Shown: positions 25,795 through 41,696 of the stretch, piece by piece
Layout: each line of letters begins with the position of its first letter
How positions within the stretch are numbered: position 1 is the stretch's first letter
NCBI GenBank assembly: GCA_009914755.4
Contig: CP068257.2
Location: 34,144,001 to 34,208,000, forward strand
Origin: the human T2T-CHM13v2.0 reference genome, Homo sapiens
Length of the DNA stretch: 64,000 nt
Direction: 5' to 3'
Translations under genes and position numbers: made by a program
The notes under the pieces: model-generated
What the model saw: the letters and a program-made list of their open reading frames with translations, nothing else
Database searches by the model: none
What the model was told of the DNA's origin: nothing

Positions 25795-25851
25795 TGCTGC
25801 ATTAGTCCATTTTCACGATGCTCATAAAGACATACCTGAGACTGGGTAATT
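25795..25851 (-). mobile_element. THE1-type LTR 3'-end fragment (reverse complement) directly abutting the L1 block
   Basis: gctgcattagtccattttcacgatgctcataaagacatacctgagactgggtaattataac is the reverse complement of the THE1 end ...ttataaattacccagtctcgggtatgtctttat..agcagtgtgagaacggactaataca. Confidence 0.6.
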
Positions 25852-28910
<3,059 letters not shown>

Positions 28911-30090
28911 AACTCCACTCTTGTAGCATGAGAAAAGTCATAGACACCACATAAACAACAGTGCATGTGACTGTGTTCCACATCGTTTACAAAACTATCT
29001 ACAAAAACAAGCAGAGGGCTGGGTTTGATCTGCTGGCCATAGTTTGCAAATGCCTACTCTTCGAGTTGATACGAACATTACTCCTTTTAAAGGAGACCAG
29101 ACTCTAGAATCACTCCAAATGCAGGGAAATATTTTCAGCTATCCAAAATCAATCACGGGCACTAGTTGCTGGCCTCTGACCTACATCATTTCAGGTCTGC
29201 ACTGCTAATAGGTGTCAGGTTCAGAGGCTGGCACGGGCGCTGTTCTTGAATGGTCCTGAGTACACCCACCCATGTGAGCAGGACAAATAAGTCCCCTTGA
29301 AGGGAGGCACCTGAGGAAGCCTACCGGTCTAAGTGCGCATGAATGTAGGTGTGAAAACACATTATCTCACTCAGCAGAGAGTACAGCTGGGATTGCCCAA
29401 GTGATGTGGTCCCTATGATGTAAAATATGAAAATGTCTTCCAACTAGTTTCATCAATGAAATCTTTGTGGGTGATTTCTTTTAAGCCATTACTTATGCCT
29501 CTTGAATCGTGTGTTTGATTTCATTGGGTAATTATTTCGCTAGATACAAGGGACCCTGTCAGAATATCTTTACTGACTAAAAACAAGCTATGCTTTTGGT
29601 GCCCTGGAAACATATAACAATACTATATAATATTAACTAAGCCAAGGCTTAGCTGGGAAGTTACTGGATCTCCTGTTCCTTTTCAACACTGTTTTTGCCC
29701 CTTCTCATTGTCATCCTTCTCACTCTTCCCTCTTTTCCAACCATGTTTTATGTTTCTGTCCCTCTTTCTCTTGCCTTAAACCAATCAAAACCAAACAAAT
29801 AAAAGGAAGTAGAGAGCAGCAAGACTTCATACTGAAAACGTCCTTAAAGGAAACGGCTTTCACGTTTATCATTTTTTTCATTATTTTGAGTCAGTTTTTG
29901 AGAGCAAGAACATATATCTTTACTATATTAAAAATCAGAGTCACTCTAACCATGTAATAAACCCAGAACATGCATTCATGGTAACTATACCTCCAGTGGT
30001 TTATGATTTAAACTCAGAAAGTTTCTTTAATTAATCTCTGCTATGGGTTTGATATCAATGTCAATTAAAAGCAGCACATGATGACCCTTA

Positions 30091-30249
<159 letters not shown>

Positions 30250-30600
30250 CTAATATATTGGTCTGACATAGAATATGCAAATTTGTTCATTATAAAAATA
30301 AATATGTCTGTTGAAAGGCTGGCAAATAACCAATGGCTCACTGATAATACCCTCTAATCCCAAGAAAAAAACATAGACCAAAATAAAAAGAAAATAAACT
30401 TCGTATAAAGATGAGAAAGCAAAGTGTCCCCTTGTTACGTAATATTAGAATGCTCTCTCATACCTACGGTTGCTTTCGTTCTATGTCAAATGAAATTACG
30501 CTGCCCACCTGCAGGTGCTGGGAGGAACAAGTTAGAGGCTCCATGGAAAAGCATCTTGAAAATAGCCGAGTGCTCTGCAAATGCAGATCGTTATTTATGC

Positions 30601-30617
30601 AAAAAAAAAAAAAAAAA
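30601..30617. repeat. A17 mononucleotide run
   Basis: gcaaaaaaaaaaaaaaaaaggcagg. Confidence 0.95.
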
Positions 30618-32030
30618 GGCAGGAGGAAATCCATCTGTTCTAAAACCTCTCCCCTCAATATGCTTCCTTATTATCTACACGAATTAAAGATGGGTTTATC
30701 AAATTCGCGTTTACAATTATGGGATGTGGGTTAAAATAATCACACACACAATCAGAACCCATGGCTGACTACTTACAACATTTCCTTTGTCATTCTGTCT
30801 AGGATGAGATTGTGTTTTGTTATTGAACCATAAAAAATGTCATTAACCCTTGGTTCATTGTTAATTCTTAGAAAGCTAGAATCCTTTTTGTGTCTTTGGA
30901 ATCCCTTTCACACACAGCCAGTTGGATAGAAAATAGAAGGTACCTGAGAGGTGAGGAACTGTTAGTGAATTGATGTGGAAGCTTCTAAAGGCATTGCTCC
31001 TGAAATGACAAGTTTCAGCAGGAATAGAAGCTGAGGGCCTTCCCACCACAGATGGCCAGATTGGGTGCCTTCTGAGCCCACTGTCTAGCTCAAGCCCTAG
31101 CCTGTCAATCCTGAAAATACCAGCAAGTACTGTCCTCCTGCTAGTAGTACTATATATAGTGTGTCTCACAAAGACCCAGAGGGGTCAGATGAATGAGAGC
31201 TTAAAGTAATTCGCACACTCCTGAGCCAACAGTCCTGGGCTCCAACCCCTAGGCCATCACTTAAGGCTCTGAGACCCCAGGATGGCACTCAGCATCCAGG
31301 CACTTCACATCCTGTGAACATCTGTCATGCTTTGGACACACACACGCAGACACACACCAACACTTCTTAAACACTCTGCCTGTGTTTAGGGCTATCTCTC
31401 CCTTATGGGTCTTCTCTCCCCTAGAAATAAGCCAGAACCTCATTTCCCAAGACTTCCTTGCATCTAGGTTGCTGATATGTGATGCAAGCTTTGTGGATCT
31501 GACACACTCCCAAGAGACTTTAAAGCAGTTGAGAGCAATGTGGACAAGCATGAGTGCCCTACAATTTTTTTCTGTTGTGAGAGAGGAAATAGAAGGCTCC
31601 AGCTTTGGAGAACATCAGCAAAAAGGTCTCCACATTAGTGATAAAAGCTGTGGTATCTCTGCCCTGTGAAGGTGGCAGAAGGTCATCACAGACTTTCCAC
31701 CCTTACAAGAGTCTGAAGTACCCAATACATCCTATACTAACTTCCATGTATACTTAAGCAAATTAGAGTATGTCCCGCTGCTGAACAAACTCGGTTGTTT
31801 CACTTATCAAATGGAAATAATAAGAGGTGCATCAAAAAATGTTAAGAATCACCAGGAACACCCAGCTCAAAGCACCTAGAACATAGGCAAAAAGCACACG
31901 TCGAATGTGAGTTCTTCCCTTACTTTTTGATAATCAATACTTTTATTTTTCTATTTATTTTCTTACTATTAACATGTTATGTCTTCTTTTACTACCTTTT
32001 TAATGGTTAACCTGAAGATTACAACACACT

Positions 32031-32336
<306 letters not shown>

Positions 32337-32863
32337 CAACAGGCTTTCTTGATTTATCACAGTCATATACACAGTATCATTTTATCACCAATTTTACTAG
32401 AACTTTAGAGCTGTCTGACTCCATTTACCTCGCCATCTCTTTTGCTTTACTGCTATTGTACACCTAATTTATTGCATCAGTTTTAAACTTCATGAGACTT
32501 TATAATTATTGCTTTGTACAATCAATAATTACTTCTATTTAGCCTCTTGCTTACTCATCCTAGTATGTTCATTTCTTCATGCGACCATTTGGAATTGTTT
32601 TCCTTCTGCCTGAAGAAAAAAATGTTTTCTTTCAGTACAGACCTGCTAGCCATATTCCCTCCATTGTTATTTCTCTAAAAGTACCTTCCCTTCACTTTCA
32701 CTATTGAAAATATTTTTCATTCTATTTCTGTGGTGGGTTTTCTTTTTCTTCACTTGAAACATGTTTTATTGTCCTCTGGATGCCACTGTGTCTCATGAGC
32801 ATTCAGCTGTCAGTTTTGCCATGGCTTTTTGAAGGGTAATGTGTCTTTTTCTGAAGTTGTTTT

Positions 32864-33488
32864 GGTTTGTTTGTGTTTTTTGTTTTAAGTTCTGGGATAC
32901 ATGTGCAGAACATGCAGGTTTGTTACATAAGTATACGTGTGCCATGGTGGTTTGCTGCACCTATCAACCCGTCATGTGGGTTTTAAGCCCTGCATGAATT
33001 AGGTATTTGTCCTGATGCTCTCCCTTCCATTCCCCCGACCCCGTGACAGGCCCCGGTGTGTGATGTTCCTCTCCCTGTGTCCATGTGTTCTTATTGTTCA
33101 ACTCCCACTTATGAGTGAGTACATGTGGTGTTTGGTTTTCTGTTCCTGTGTTAGTTTGCTGAGAATGATGGAGGGAGTGTAAATTAGTTCAACCATTGTG
33201 GAAGACAGTGTGGCCATTCCTCAAGGATCTAGAAAGAGAAATACCATTTGACCCAGCAATCCTATTACCGAGTATATACCCAAAGGATCAGAAATCATTC
33301 TACTATAAAGACACATGCACATGCATGTTTATTGCAGCACTATTTACAATAGCAAAGACCTGGAACCAACCCAAATGCCCATCAATGATAGACTGGATAA
33401 AGAAAATGTGGCACATATACGCCATGGAATACTATGCAGCCATAAAAAAGAATGAGATCATGTCCTTTGGAGGGACATGGATGAAGCT
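32864..33488 (-). mobile_element. Twin-primed (internally inverted) LINE-1 insertion, minus orientation, with 10-12 bp TSDs
   Basis: Left to right on the + strand: TSD aagttgtttt (32854-32863); degenerate T-rich tail ggtttgtttgtgttttttgtttt; reverse complement of the L1 3'UTR/ORF2 end (32887-33171: aagttctgggatacatgtgcagaacatgcaggtttgttacataagtatacgtgtgccatggtggtttgctgcacc...ctgttcctgtgttagtttgctgagaatgatgg); then a + oriented L1 ORF2 segment (33172-33488: gtaaattagttcaaccattgtggaagacagtgtggccattcctcaagg...ccaaatgcccatcaatgatagactggataaagaaaatgtggcacatatacgccatggaatactatgcagccataaaaaagaatgagatcatgtcctttggagggacatggatgaagct); TSD caagttgttttt (33489-33500). The L1 coordinate at the inner junction of the reversed piece (…ccatcattctcagc) is adjacent to the L1 coordinate at the outer end of the direct piece (…ggacatggatgaagct). 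This is the signature of twin priming. Confidence 0.8.
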
Positions 33489-33601
33489 CAAGTTGTTTTT
33501 AAGGTTTGATTTTTTTTACTTTGGCCTTCAGCAGTTTTACTATGACGTTTCTAGGTATGTTTTTGTTTGTATTTCTATCATTCAAAATCCCATGTGCTTC
33601 C

Positions 33602-33885
33602 TTTTTTTTTGAGACAGGATCTCTGTCGCTCAGGCTGGAATGCAGTGGTGTGATCTCGACTGACTACAATCTCCACCTCCTGGGCTCAAGCAATCTTCCC
33701 TCCTCAGCCCCCCGAATAGCAGGGACTACAGATGTGCCACCACGCCTGGCTAATTTTCTGTATTTTTGCAGAGACGAGTTTCACTATATTGCCCAGGCTG
33801 GTCTTGAACTCCTGGGCTCAGGCAATCCACCTGCCTTGGCCTCCCAAAGTCCTAGGATTACAGGGATGAGCCACTGCACCTGGCC
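33602..33885 (-). mobile_element. Alu SINE, minus orientation
   Basis: t(9) gagacaggatctctgtcgctcaggctggaatgcagtggtgtgatctcgactgactacaatctccacctcctgggctcaagcaatcttccctcctcagcc...cttggcctcccaaagtcctaggattacagggatgagccactgcacctggcc. Flanks (a)tgtgcttcc / (a)agtgcttct suggest a TSD of about gtgcttc. Confidence 0.92.
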
Positions 33886-34282
33886 TCCAAGTGCTTCTTG
33901 AATCTAAGGGTTCAGTTTGGTAAAATTCTCAGCCATTATCACTAAAAATTTTTTCAGCTACATTATCTTCCTCCATTCACTCAGGGAATTCAATTTTGTA
34001 TATATTCGACCTTTTCAGCATATTTGGCATGGGTCTTACACACCTATTTTTTTTTAAATCTGGCCCTACGTGTTCATTGGTCCTGTGTTCTGCTGTGTCC
34101 AGTTAACTGCTAAGCTCAATATACTCCTAATTTCAGATATTGTATTTTTCCCATTATAGAATATCCATTTGATTTCTTATAGATTTTTAGTATGTGGCAA
34201 AAGTCTATCCTTTTATCTGTTTTGTCCATTTTCTCTATTTTTGAGCATATTAATCATAGTTAGCTTTAAGTCCTTATCTACT

Positions 34283-34512
34283 ATTTTTATTTTTATTTTA
34301 TTTTTATGAAACAGGGTCTTGTTCTGTCACTCAGGATGGACTGCACTCATGTGATCACAGCTCACTACAACCTCAATCTCCTGGGCTCAAGTGACCCTAC
34401 TGCCTCAGCCTCCCACATACCTGGGACTATAGGCACACATCACCATGCCCCGCTAATTTTTTAATTTTTTTGTGGAGATGGGGTCTCACTGTGTTGCCCA
34501 GGATGGTTCTGC
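34283..34512 (-). mobile_element. Old Alu (J/S-type), partial, minus orientation
   Basis: tttttatttttattttatttttat gaaacagggtcttgttctgtcactcaggatggactgcactcatgtgatcacagctcactacaacctcaatctcctgggctcaagtgaccctactgcctcagcctcccacatacctgggactataggcacacatcaccatgccccgctaattttttaatttttttgtggagatggggtctcactgtgttgcccaggatggttctg. Confidence 0.8.
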
Positions 34513-34591
34513 TAATTTTAATATTTGATCATCTGTGGGTCTTTTTATCTGTTTTTCTCTTGCAGCCAAATTATAAAACATGCAAAAGTCA

Positions 34592-34705
34592 AACTTGGGA
34601 GGCTGAAGCAGATCACTTGAGCCTAGAAGGTCAAGGCTGTGATGAGCTACGATCACTCTACTACACTCCAGCCTGGGCAACAGAGCAAGGCTCTATCACA
34701 AAAAT
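34592..34705 (+). mobile_element. Alu right-arm fragment, plus orientation
   Basis: aaacttgggaggctgaagcagatcacttgagcctagaaggtcaaggctgtgatgagctacgatcactctactacactccagcctgggcaacagagcaaggctctatcacaaaaatcaag. Confidence 0.75.
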
Positions 34706-37218
34706 CAAGACTTTTGCATGTCTGATAATTTTCCATTGTATTCCAGACATTAAAAACTGCAAACACTCCAGGTGACTTTATCATCCACTAAGGAGAATTT
34801 TCTTTCCTCTATTAAGTGGATATTGTAAAGGACTGATCATTTCAATCCAATCGTGGGTTAAGCTGAAAATGGGTTAGGTTTTGGTTTTTGTAAGACTCAT
34901 CGTACCTCTGCTTTTCCTCCATTTCTATGATATGGGAATCCTAGCGTTCGTGGTGATGCTGGTGGGGTCTTTGGCTCTTCAGCCATAAAGGATCCCGGGA
35001 GTTTCAGCTTTGCCCTTCAGAGATGTTGACCTTAGCTCTCTATCTTCCCACTAGTGCAGCCAAAAATGTCTTGATGGGGAGACTATCCAACCGTTTGTTT
35101 CTCATTCCATACCCAGAAATTGGTCAGTGACCCCAGAGGGGTGGAGAGTAGATGGTAATGGCCAGTTCATCCTAAAAGGATTCCCTCCTTGCTTTCTTAG
35201 ATCTCTGTGCCTACAAAAATATGCTTTTTGTAAATTTAAATTGTATCTATTTTCTCCCAATTGTTGCAGCAAGAGCACTGGCCAGGACCTTCCACATCCT
35301 GGCAGGAGGTCCCCCGCCCTCCTTTGTAACAAATGATCTAACTGGTGACTTGATTCTTATTAAGCACCCTGAAATTTTTCATTAATAACAGAAGAAATTG
35401 GAATAAAAGCAGATCCCAGACAACTTGACTGTTGGGTTTTAAGAAACATTTAAAATGGTGTTTGTTTCATTCTCAGATCTGAAGAACATTTTATTTGGAA
35501 TAAGAACCACTTTTTACAGACAGACCAGGTTGACAGAATTTAAATCACAATTTCCAGTTCAGTTTCAATTTAATCATTCCATTTATACAAACCACAAATC
35601 AAAATAAAACCATTGTGACAGAAGAGAACCGTTTTGCCTATAAATTTTATCCTTGTGATTAAGACATGCTTGTAATAAATTATTTGGTTTTTGTTAAAAC
35701 AATATTGATTCACGTTACCCCACCCTCAGTCAGAATAAGCTCCACACTGACATAACAGAAAAAGAACTGATTGTTAAAAACCTGGAAAGCAGCCAAGTTT
35801 ACAATAGATTGCTCCTCCTGTTTATAAAAAGCTGCTATAACTGATTATTGCAAAAAATTTCCTCCAAGCAATGCACACACAAGTTGCTGCCTTGAGAAAT
35901 ATGGAAAGTTAGAAATTAGAACTTTACATGTAGTGTATAAATCTAATCAGTGCAAGGAATGAGTGCTGGGAACCCACAAAATACTGTAGGGAAGACTTCT
36001 TGCATGGCCCTTTATTCTTAGGAGTACAATGACTCTTGGAGAGGATCAGTGGCGCTTCTGGCTTAAAAATGCAACAGGGGCTTGTCATATTTAGGTGATG
36101 AACTACGTGATGTTTGTGCTAATTTCTGACCCTTTCCCATTTCCATGGCTATTCGCCCTTTTCAGAACTCCTCCACAACCACCTAATTGGTGTCTTCTTT
36201 CGCCCTAAATTCCTGAGGCCCTTGCTAAGTCCTACCCTTTTAAAGTTATACCACTTCACCTTCCTAAACTTATCACTGCCCTCCCCTTCCACCACACTGC
36301 TGCTGCTACCTGTGCCTTCCTTGGGGGAGACTTGCAAGGAGAGTAGAATAGAAATTCAGAAAATAAGCATTTTAAGGCCCTTCTATCTTAACAGGGAGGC
36401 ACAGCCCACCTTATGTAATGCACCGGGCTAGTCCTGGCCAGATTAATTGAGGAAATGGGTGGTTGTTCTTGCAGAATGAGCTGGGAGAAGAATGCTAACA
36501 TTAATTGTTCACAGTTTCCAGCCCTTTCTTTGGTTGTGCCTTCTTTATCCTGTCATAGCTGGTAAAAAATTCAAAGGCCACTTTTATTTTTTCAATCAAC
36601 AGCTTGACAGGATCTAATAAAAATGCAATCCCTTTAATGGACAGGTTAATGCACTGGCGAATTGAGGTCTAGGGCCCCTATACCTGGCACACACACAATC
36701 TTTTTCCTGAAACAGCTCTTCCCTTCCCATCAAAGGGTATGAATTATTTGTCCAAACAATCTCCCACTCTAAACTTAATACAAAAGCTTGGTTGGTGTTG
36801 AAATTTGGGTGGGGCCCACCAAATCTAAAGCTCTATAGTTCAGGGGAAAAAGCCGCATAGTATTCTAGAATATCAAATGAAACCAAAACACTCTACCTGC
36901 CAAGCATTTCCAGCAGCCAAATACCAATGTTAGATTGAGGTGGATGGTTCAAACCTAACAAGGTCAAAGAGGTGCTGCTTAAAGAGCTTTCAATATTGTT
37001 TCTTTAACAAATGGCCTGTTTCCTTGTTCTTTCATCAAGCAGAGTTTTTTCCAAAGTTTCAAGGTCTCAAAATGTGTAAGTCGCTTTTTCCATATTTTGT
37101 TTCGACATAAATATATTTATTTATAATTATTTAAGTTACTTTTACATATTCGGGAAAATATACATCTTTTTCAAAACACATTATATACGCTTTTACTGTC
37201 CTTAAAAGATGGCATATG

Positions 37219-37521
37219 GGGCCGGGTGCAGTGGCTCACGCCTGTAAGCCCAGCACTTTGGGAGGCCAAGGATCACGAGGTCAGGAGATAGAGACCATCC
37301 TAGCTAACACAGTGAAACCCCGTCTCTACAAAAATACAAAAAAAATTAGCCAGGCATGGTGCTGGGCACCTGTAGTCGCAGCTACTCGGGAGGCTGAGGC
37401 AGGAGAATGGCAGGAACCCTACCCAGGAGGCAGAGCTTGCAGTGAGCCAAGATTGTGCCACTGCACTCCAGCCTGGGCAACAGAGTAAGACTCCAACTAA
37501 AAAAAAAAAAAAAAAAAAAAA
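37219..37521 (+). mobile_element. Alu SINE, plus orientation, with 23-nt poly(A), inserted at the 5' boundary of the next Alu
   Basis: ggccgggtgcagtggctcacgcctgtaagcccagcactttgggaggccaaggatcacgaggtcaggagatagagaccatcctagctaacacagtgaaaccccgtctctacaaaaatac...gcactccagcctgggcaacagagtaagactccaact a(23). TSD aaaagatggcatatgg (37204-37219) and aaagatggcacatgg (37519-37533). Confidence 0.93.
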
Positions 37522-37533
37522 GATGGCACATGG

Positions 37534-38005
<472 letters not shown>

Positions 38006-39027
38006 TCAGTCATCCAACCTACAAACCTGACTCTTGTCCCTTATTTCAACCTTGAGCCATACCCAAAAGCTTCATGCACATTTTGAGATACCTTCCTTTA
38101 CAAAACACCTGAAATCTGCAATCCCCTGCCAGTTCTTGGTGTCATAATCTTTACCCATGGCTGCATCGACTTGTTGGCTATTGTGTCTCTAATTCAATAA
38201 CACATGGATTCAGAGAGACTATGAGTCAAATCATGTCCCGTCCAAACATAACTACACACAGAAAAGTCCTGCATGACACAGTATGTAGGGTGGATATTAG
38301 TTTTGGCTCCCTTTTCTGACTTCAAAAAATGAACCCACCATGAAATAACAATTGTTAACTTCACAGATCAGCACAATTTTACAAAGCACTTTCAGCACCA
38401 TTATCTCATTCGGGCCCCACAAGAACTCCATGAAGTCGACAAAGCAGGCATTATCCTTATTTTAAAGATTATGAAATTAGGATCCAGAAAGGTCAATTAC
38501 CTTCCCAACAGCTCCCAGCTGGTAAGCGGCAGAGTCCCAGTAGCACAATGGTTCCAGCCCATCACACAGCCTCAGAAAAACTCTAATTAATGTAGTCTTA
38601 GCACAAAGTACAGGATCTATTCGAGCATTATAATCAGCAATCATTGGGATAAATATCTCTTAAAATTAACCCTTCTGAATGTGATGCCAAGTTATTAGAA
38701 AGCTCTAGCACCTTGAGACAGTGTTTCACATTGTAGCGCTTAAACTTCTCTCCTCTCTTTCTACAAGTTCACTAGGCTCTTCGTCCCTTCTCTGCTGCAT
38801 ATTTTAAAGTTACAAATATCCTATTATGTTAAAATGGTTGGGAAGTATGACTTTATTATTCAATTATGATGTGACATTATCCCAATAGTAATGTAACTAC
38901 TTTTTAGGATCCACTTTGCACTTACACAACTCCCCTCCCCCACCCTGTCAGATCCTGTCTTTATTTAAAATTTTAATATTTTGCTCATCATGGATGTTTG
39001 TATTTTTTATTTAAAAAATATATTACT

Positions 39028-39096
39028 GAGCCAGTTGCAGTGGCTCACACCTGTAATCTTAGCACTTTGTGAGGCTGAGGCAGAAGGATCACTTAG
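39028..39096 (+). mobile_element. Alu 5' fragment
   Basis: gagccagttgcagtggctcacacctgtaatcttagcactttgtgaggctgaggcagaaggatcacttag. Confidence 0.7.
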
Positions 39097-39285
39097 CAGA
39101 ATAAAACTGAAAATCAACTCCAAAAGGAAGTGTCAACATTCTACAAATACATGGAAATTGAATATAATCTGCTCTTGAATGATCTTTGGGTTAACAATGA
39201 AATTAGGATGGAAATAGAAAAATTCTTTGAAATAAATGATTACAGTGATACAACTTATCAAAACCTCTGGGGAGATGATCATTAT
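39097..39285 (+). mobile_element. L1 ORF2 fragment (end of endonuclease domain), a partial duplicate of the homologous stretch at about 42470-42650
   Basis: cagaataaaactgaaaatcaactccaaaaggaagtgtcaacattctacaaatacatggaaattgaatataatctgctcttgaatgatctttgggttaacaatgaaattaggatggaaatagaaaaattctttgaaataaatgattacagtgatacaacttatcaaaacctctgg translates to ..[47 protein letters not shown]. Compare L1 ORF2p ..KLEINSKR…[39 protein letters not shown]. Confidence 0.75.
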
Positions 39286-40699
39286 GGCAGACGAGAGGCA
39301 AGACTAGATTGCAGCTCCAATTCAGATGGACAGAGCAGTGTGCACAGGCTTGCATCATGAATTTTGGCTCCAGAACGACTGCAAGAACAAACCAGGAACC
39401 CCAAGAGGGCCCACAGACCCTCTGAAGGAAGTGGACTGCTCCTGCAGGACCCGGGAGACACTCCAAATACTGTGATTGCTCAAACTGCAGAAGTGGGAAA
39501 GGGAGATCCTCCACTCCTGAGCACACATCCCCACGGGCGAAACTGAAGGTTTAGTTTGCAGGACAAGTTTCCAACCTTACCTGGAGCTGAGTCAATTTAG
39601 AGAGCCAAGCAAAATACAGGGGTAGAGGAAGCAGCAAGAAAGGCCTTGGGAGCTCGCTGGGTCCCCAAGCAGGCCATTCCTGCCTGGCACCACAGAGATC
39701 CTTTGGGAAGACGGCCAGAGGCACAGAAGAAAATGCCACAGGGAGAAGGAAGTCTTCAGCTGAACTTTGTAACAATTTGAACCAGACAAGAAGCCTCCTG
39801 GCCAGAACTTGGGGGAGGGCGTGAATCCAGCATTGCAGACTTTACAGAGAGGGGAAGAACCATGCCCTTTTCTTTCACAGCTGGGAGGCAGGTAGCCTGG
39901 GGCAAGTTCTCAAGCCCCGCTCACCCACTGCCTGGAAACAGACTCAGGCCTGTTAGTGGGGGCACAGTGGGAGTGAGACCACTCCTGCGGTTTGCATGGG
40001 AGCTGGGTGAGGCCTGTGACTGCCGGCTTTCCCCGACTTCCCTGACAACCTGCATGACTCAGCAGTAGCAGCCATAATCCTTATAGGTACACAACTCCAT
40101 TGACCTGGGAACCTCACCCCCATCCCCTACAGCAGCTGCAGCAAGACCCTCCCAAGTAGAGTCTGAGCTCAGACACGCCTAGCCCTGCCCCCACCTGATG
40201 GGCCTTCTACCCACCCTGGTAGCTGAAGACAAAGGGTATGTACTCTGGGGAGTTCTAGGGCCCCACCTACCACTGTTTCCTCTCCACACTACCACAGCTG
40301 ATGCTCTCTAGAAAGCACCACCTCTCAGCAGGTGGCCAACCAGCACAAAAACAGAGCATTAAACCACCAAAGCTAAGAACCCTCATTGAGCCCATTTCGC
40401 CCCCCTGCCACCTCCACTGGAACAGGTGCTGGTATACACGACTGAGACCCACAGATGGTTCACATTACAGGACTCTGTGCAGACAACCCCCAGTACCAAC
40501 CCGAAGCCAGGTAAACATGATGGGTGGCTAGACCCAGAAGAGAGATGATAATCACTGTAGCTCGGTTCACAGGAAGCCACATCCACAGGAAAATGGGGAA
40601 AGTACTACATCAAGGGAACACCCAATGGGACAAAATAATCTGAACAACAGCCTTCAGCCCTAGACCTTCCCTCTGACAGAGCCTACCCAAATGAGAAGG

Positions 40700-41696
40700 A
40701 ACCAGAAAACTAACTCTGGTAATATGACAAAACAAGGCTCTTTAACACACCCAAAACACCAGCAATGGATCCAAACCAAGAAGATATCCCTGATTTACTT
40801 GAAAAAGAATTCAGGTTAGTTATTAAGCTAATCAGATAGGCACCAGAGAAAGGAGAAGCCCAGTGCAAGGAAATCCAAAAAGTGATACAAGAAGTGAAGA
40901 CAGAAATATTCAAGGAAATAGATAACATAAAGAAAAAACAATCAAAACTTCAGGAAACATTGGACACACTTACAGAAATGCAAAATGCTCTGGAAAGCCT
41001 CAGCAATAGAATTGAACAAGTAGAAGAAAGAAATGCAGCGCTTGAAGCCAAGGTCTTTGAATTAACCCAATCCAAACAAAGACAAAGAAAAAAGAATAAG
41101 AAAATATGAACAAAGCCTCCAAGAAGTCTGGGATTATGTTAAACAACCAAACCAAAAATAATCAATGTTCCTGAGGAAGAAGAGAAATCTAAAAGTTTGG
41201 AAAACATATTTGGGGGAATAATTGAGGAAAACTTTCCTGGCCTTGCTAGAGACCTAGACATCCAAATACAAGAAGCACAAAGAACACCTGGGAAATTTGT
41301 CACAAAAAGATCATCGCCAAGGCACATTGTTATCAAGTTATCTAAAGTTAAGATTAAGGAAAGAATCTTAAGAGCTGTGAGACAAAAGAACCAGGTAACT
41401 TATAAAGGAAAACCTATCAGATTAACAGCAGATTTCTCAGCAGAAGCCCTACAATCTAGAAGGGATTGGGGTCCTATCTTCAGCCTCCTCAAACAAAACA
41501 ATTATCAGTCAAGAATTTTGTATCCAGCAAAACTAAGCATCATATATGAAGGAAAGATACAGTCTTTTTCAGACAAACAAATACTGGGAGAATTTGACAC
41601 TATCAAGCCACCACTACAAGAACTGCAAAAAGGAGCTCTAAATCTTGAAGCAAATCCTGGAAACACATCAAAACAGAACCTCTTTAAAACATAAAT
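40700..41696 (+). pseudogene. L1 ORF1 (ORF1p) remnant, split by a stop/frameshift into 75-aa and 165-aa ORFs
   Basis: Six-frame ORFs 40882-41109 and 41197-41694 together span the coiled-coil, RRM and CTD regions of L1 ORF1p. An upstream portion (aaccagaaaactaactctggtaatatgacaaaacaaggc...) contains the likely original start region. Confidence 0.8.

Noticed and set aside
32851-33492. Interpreting the antisense L1 3' end (32887-33171) and the sense ORF2 piece (33172-33488) as two independent L1 insertions.
   Set aside because: A single target-site duplication (aagttgtttt) brackets both pieces, and their L1 coordinates are adjacent. This is the hallmark of one twin-primed insertion, so I merged them.
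40882-41694. ORFs of 75 and 165 aa with good coding appearance.
   Set aside because: These are L1 ORF1p (RNA-binding chaperone) remnants from an old, inactive L1, split by a stop. This is not a cellular gene.
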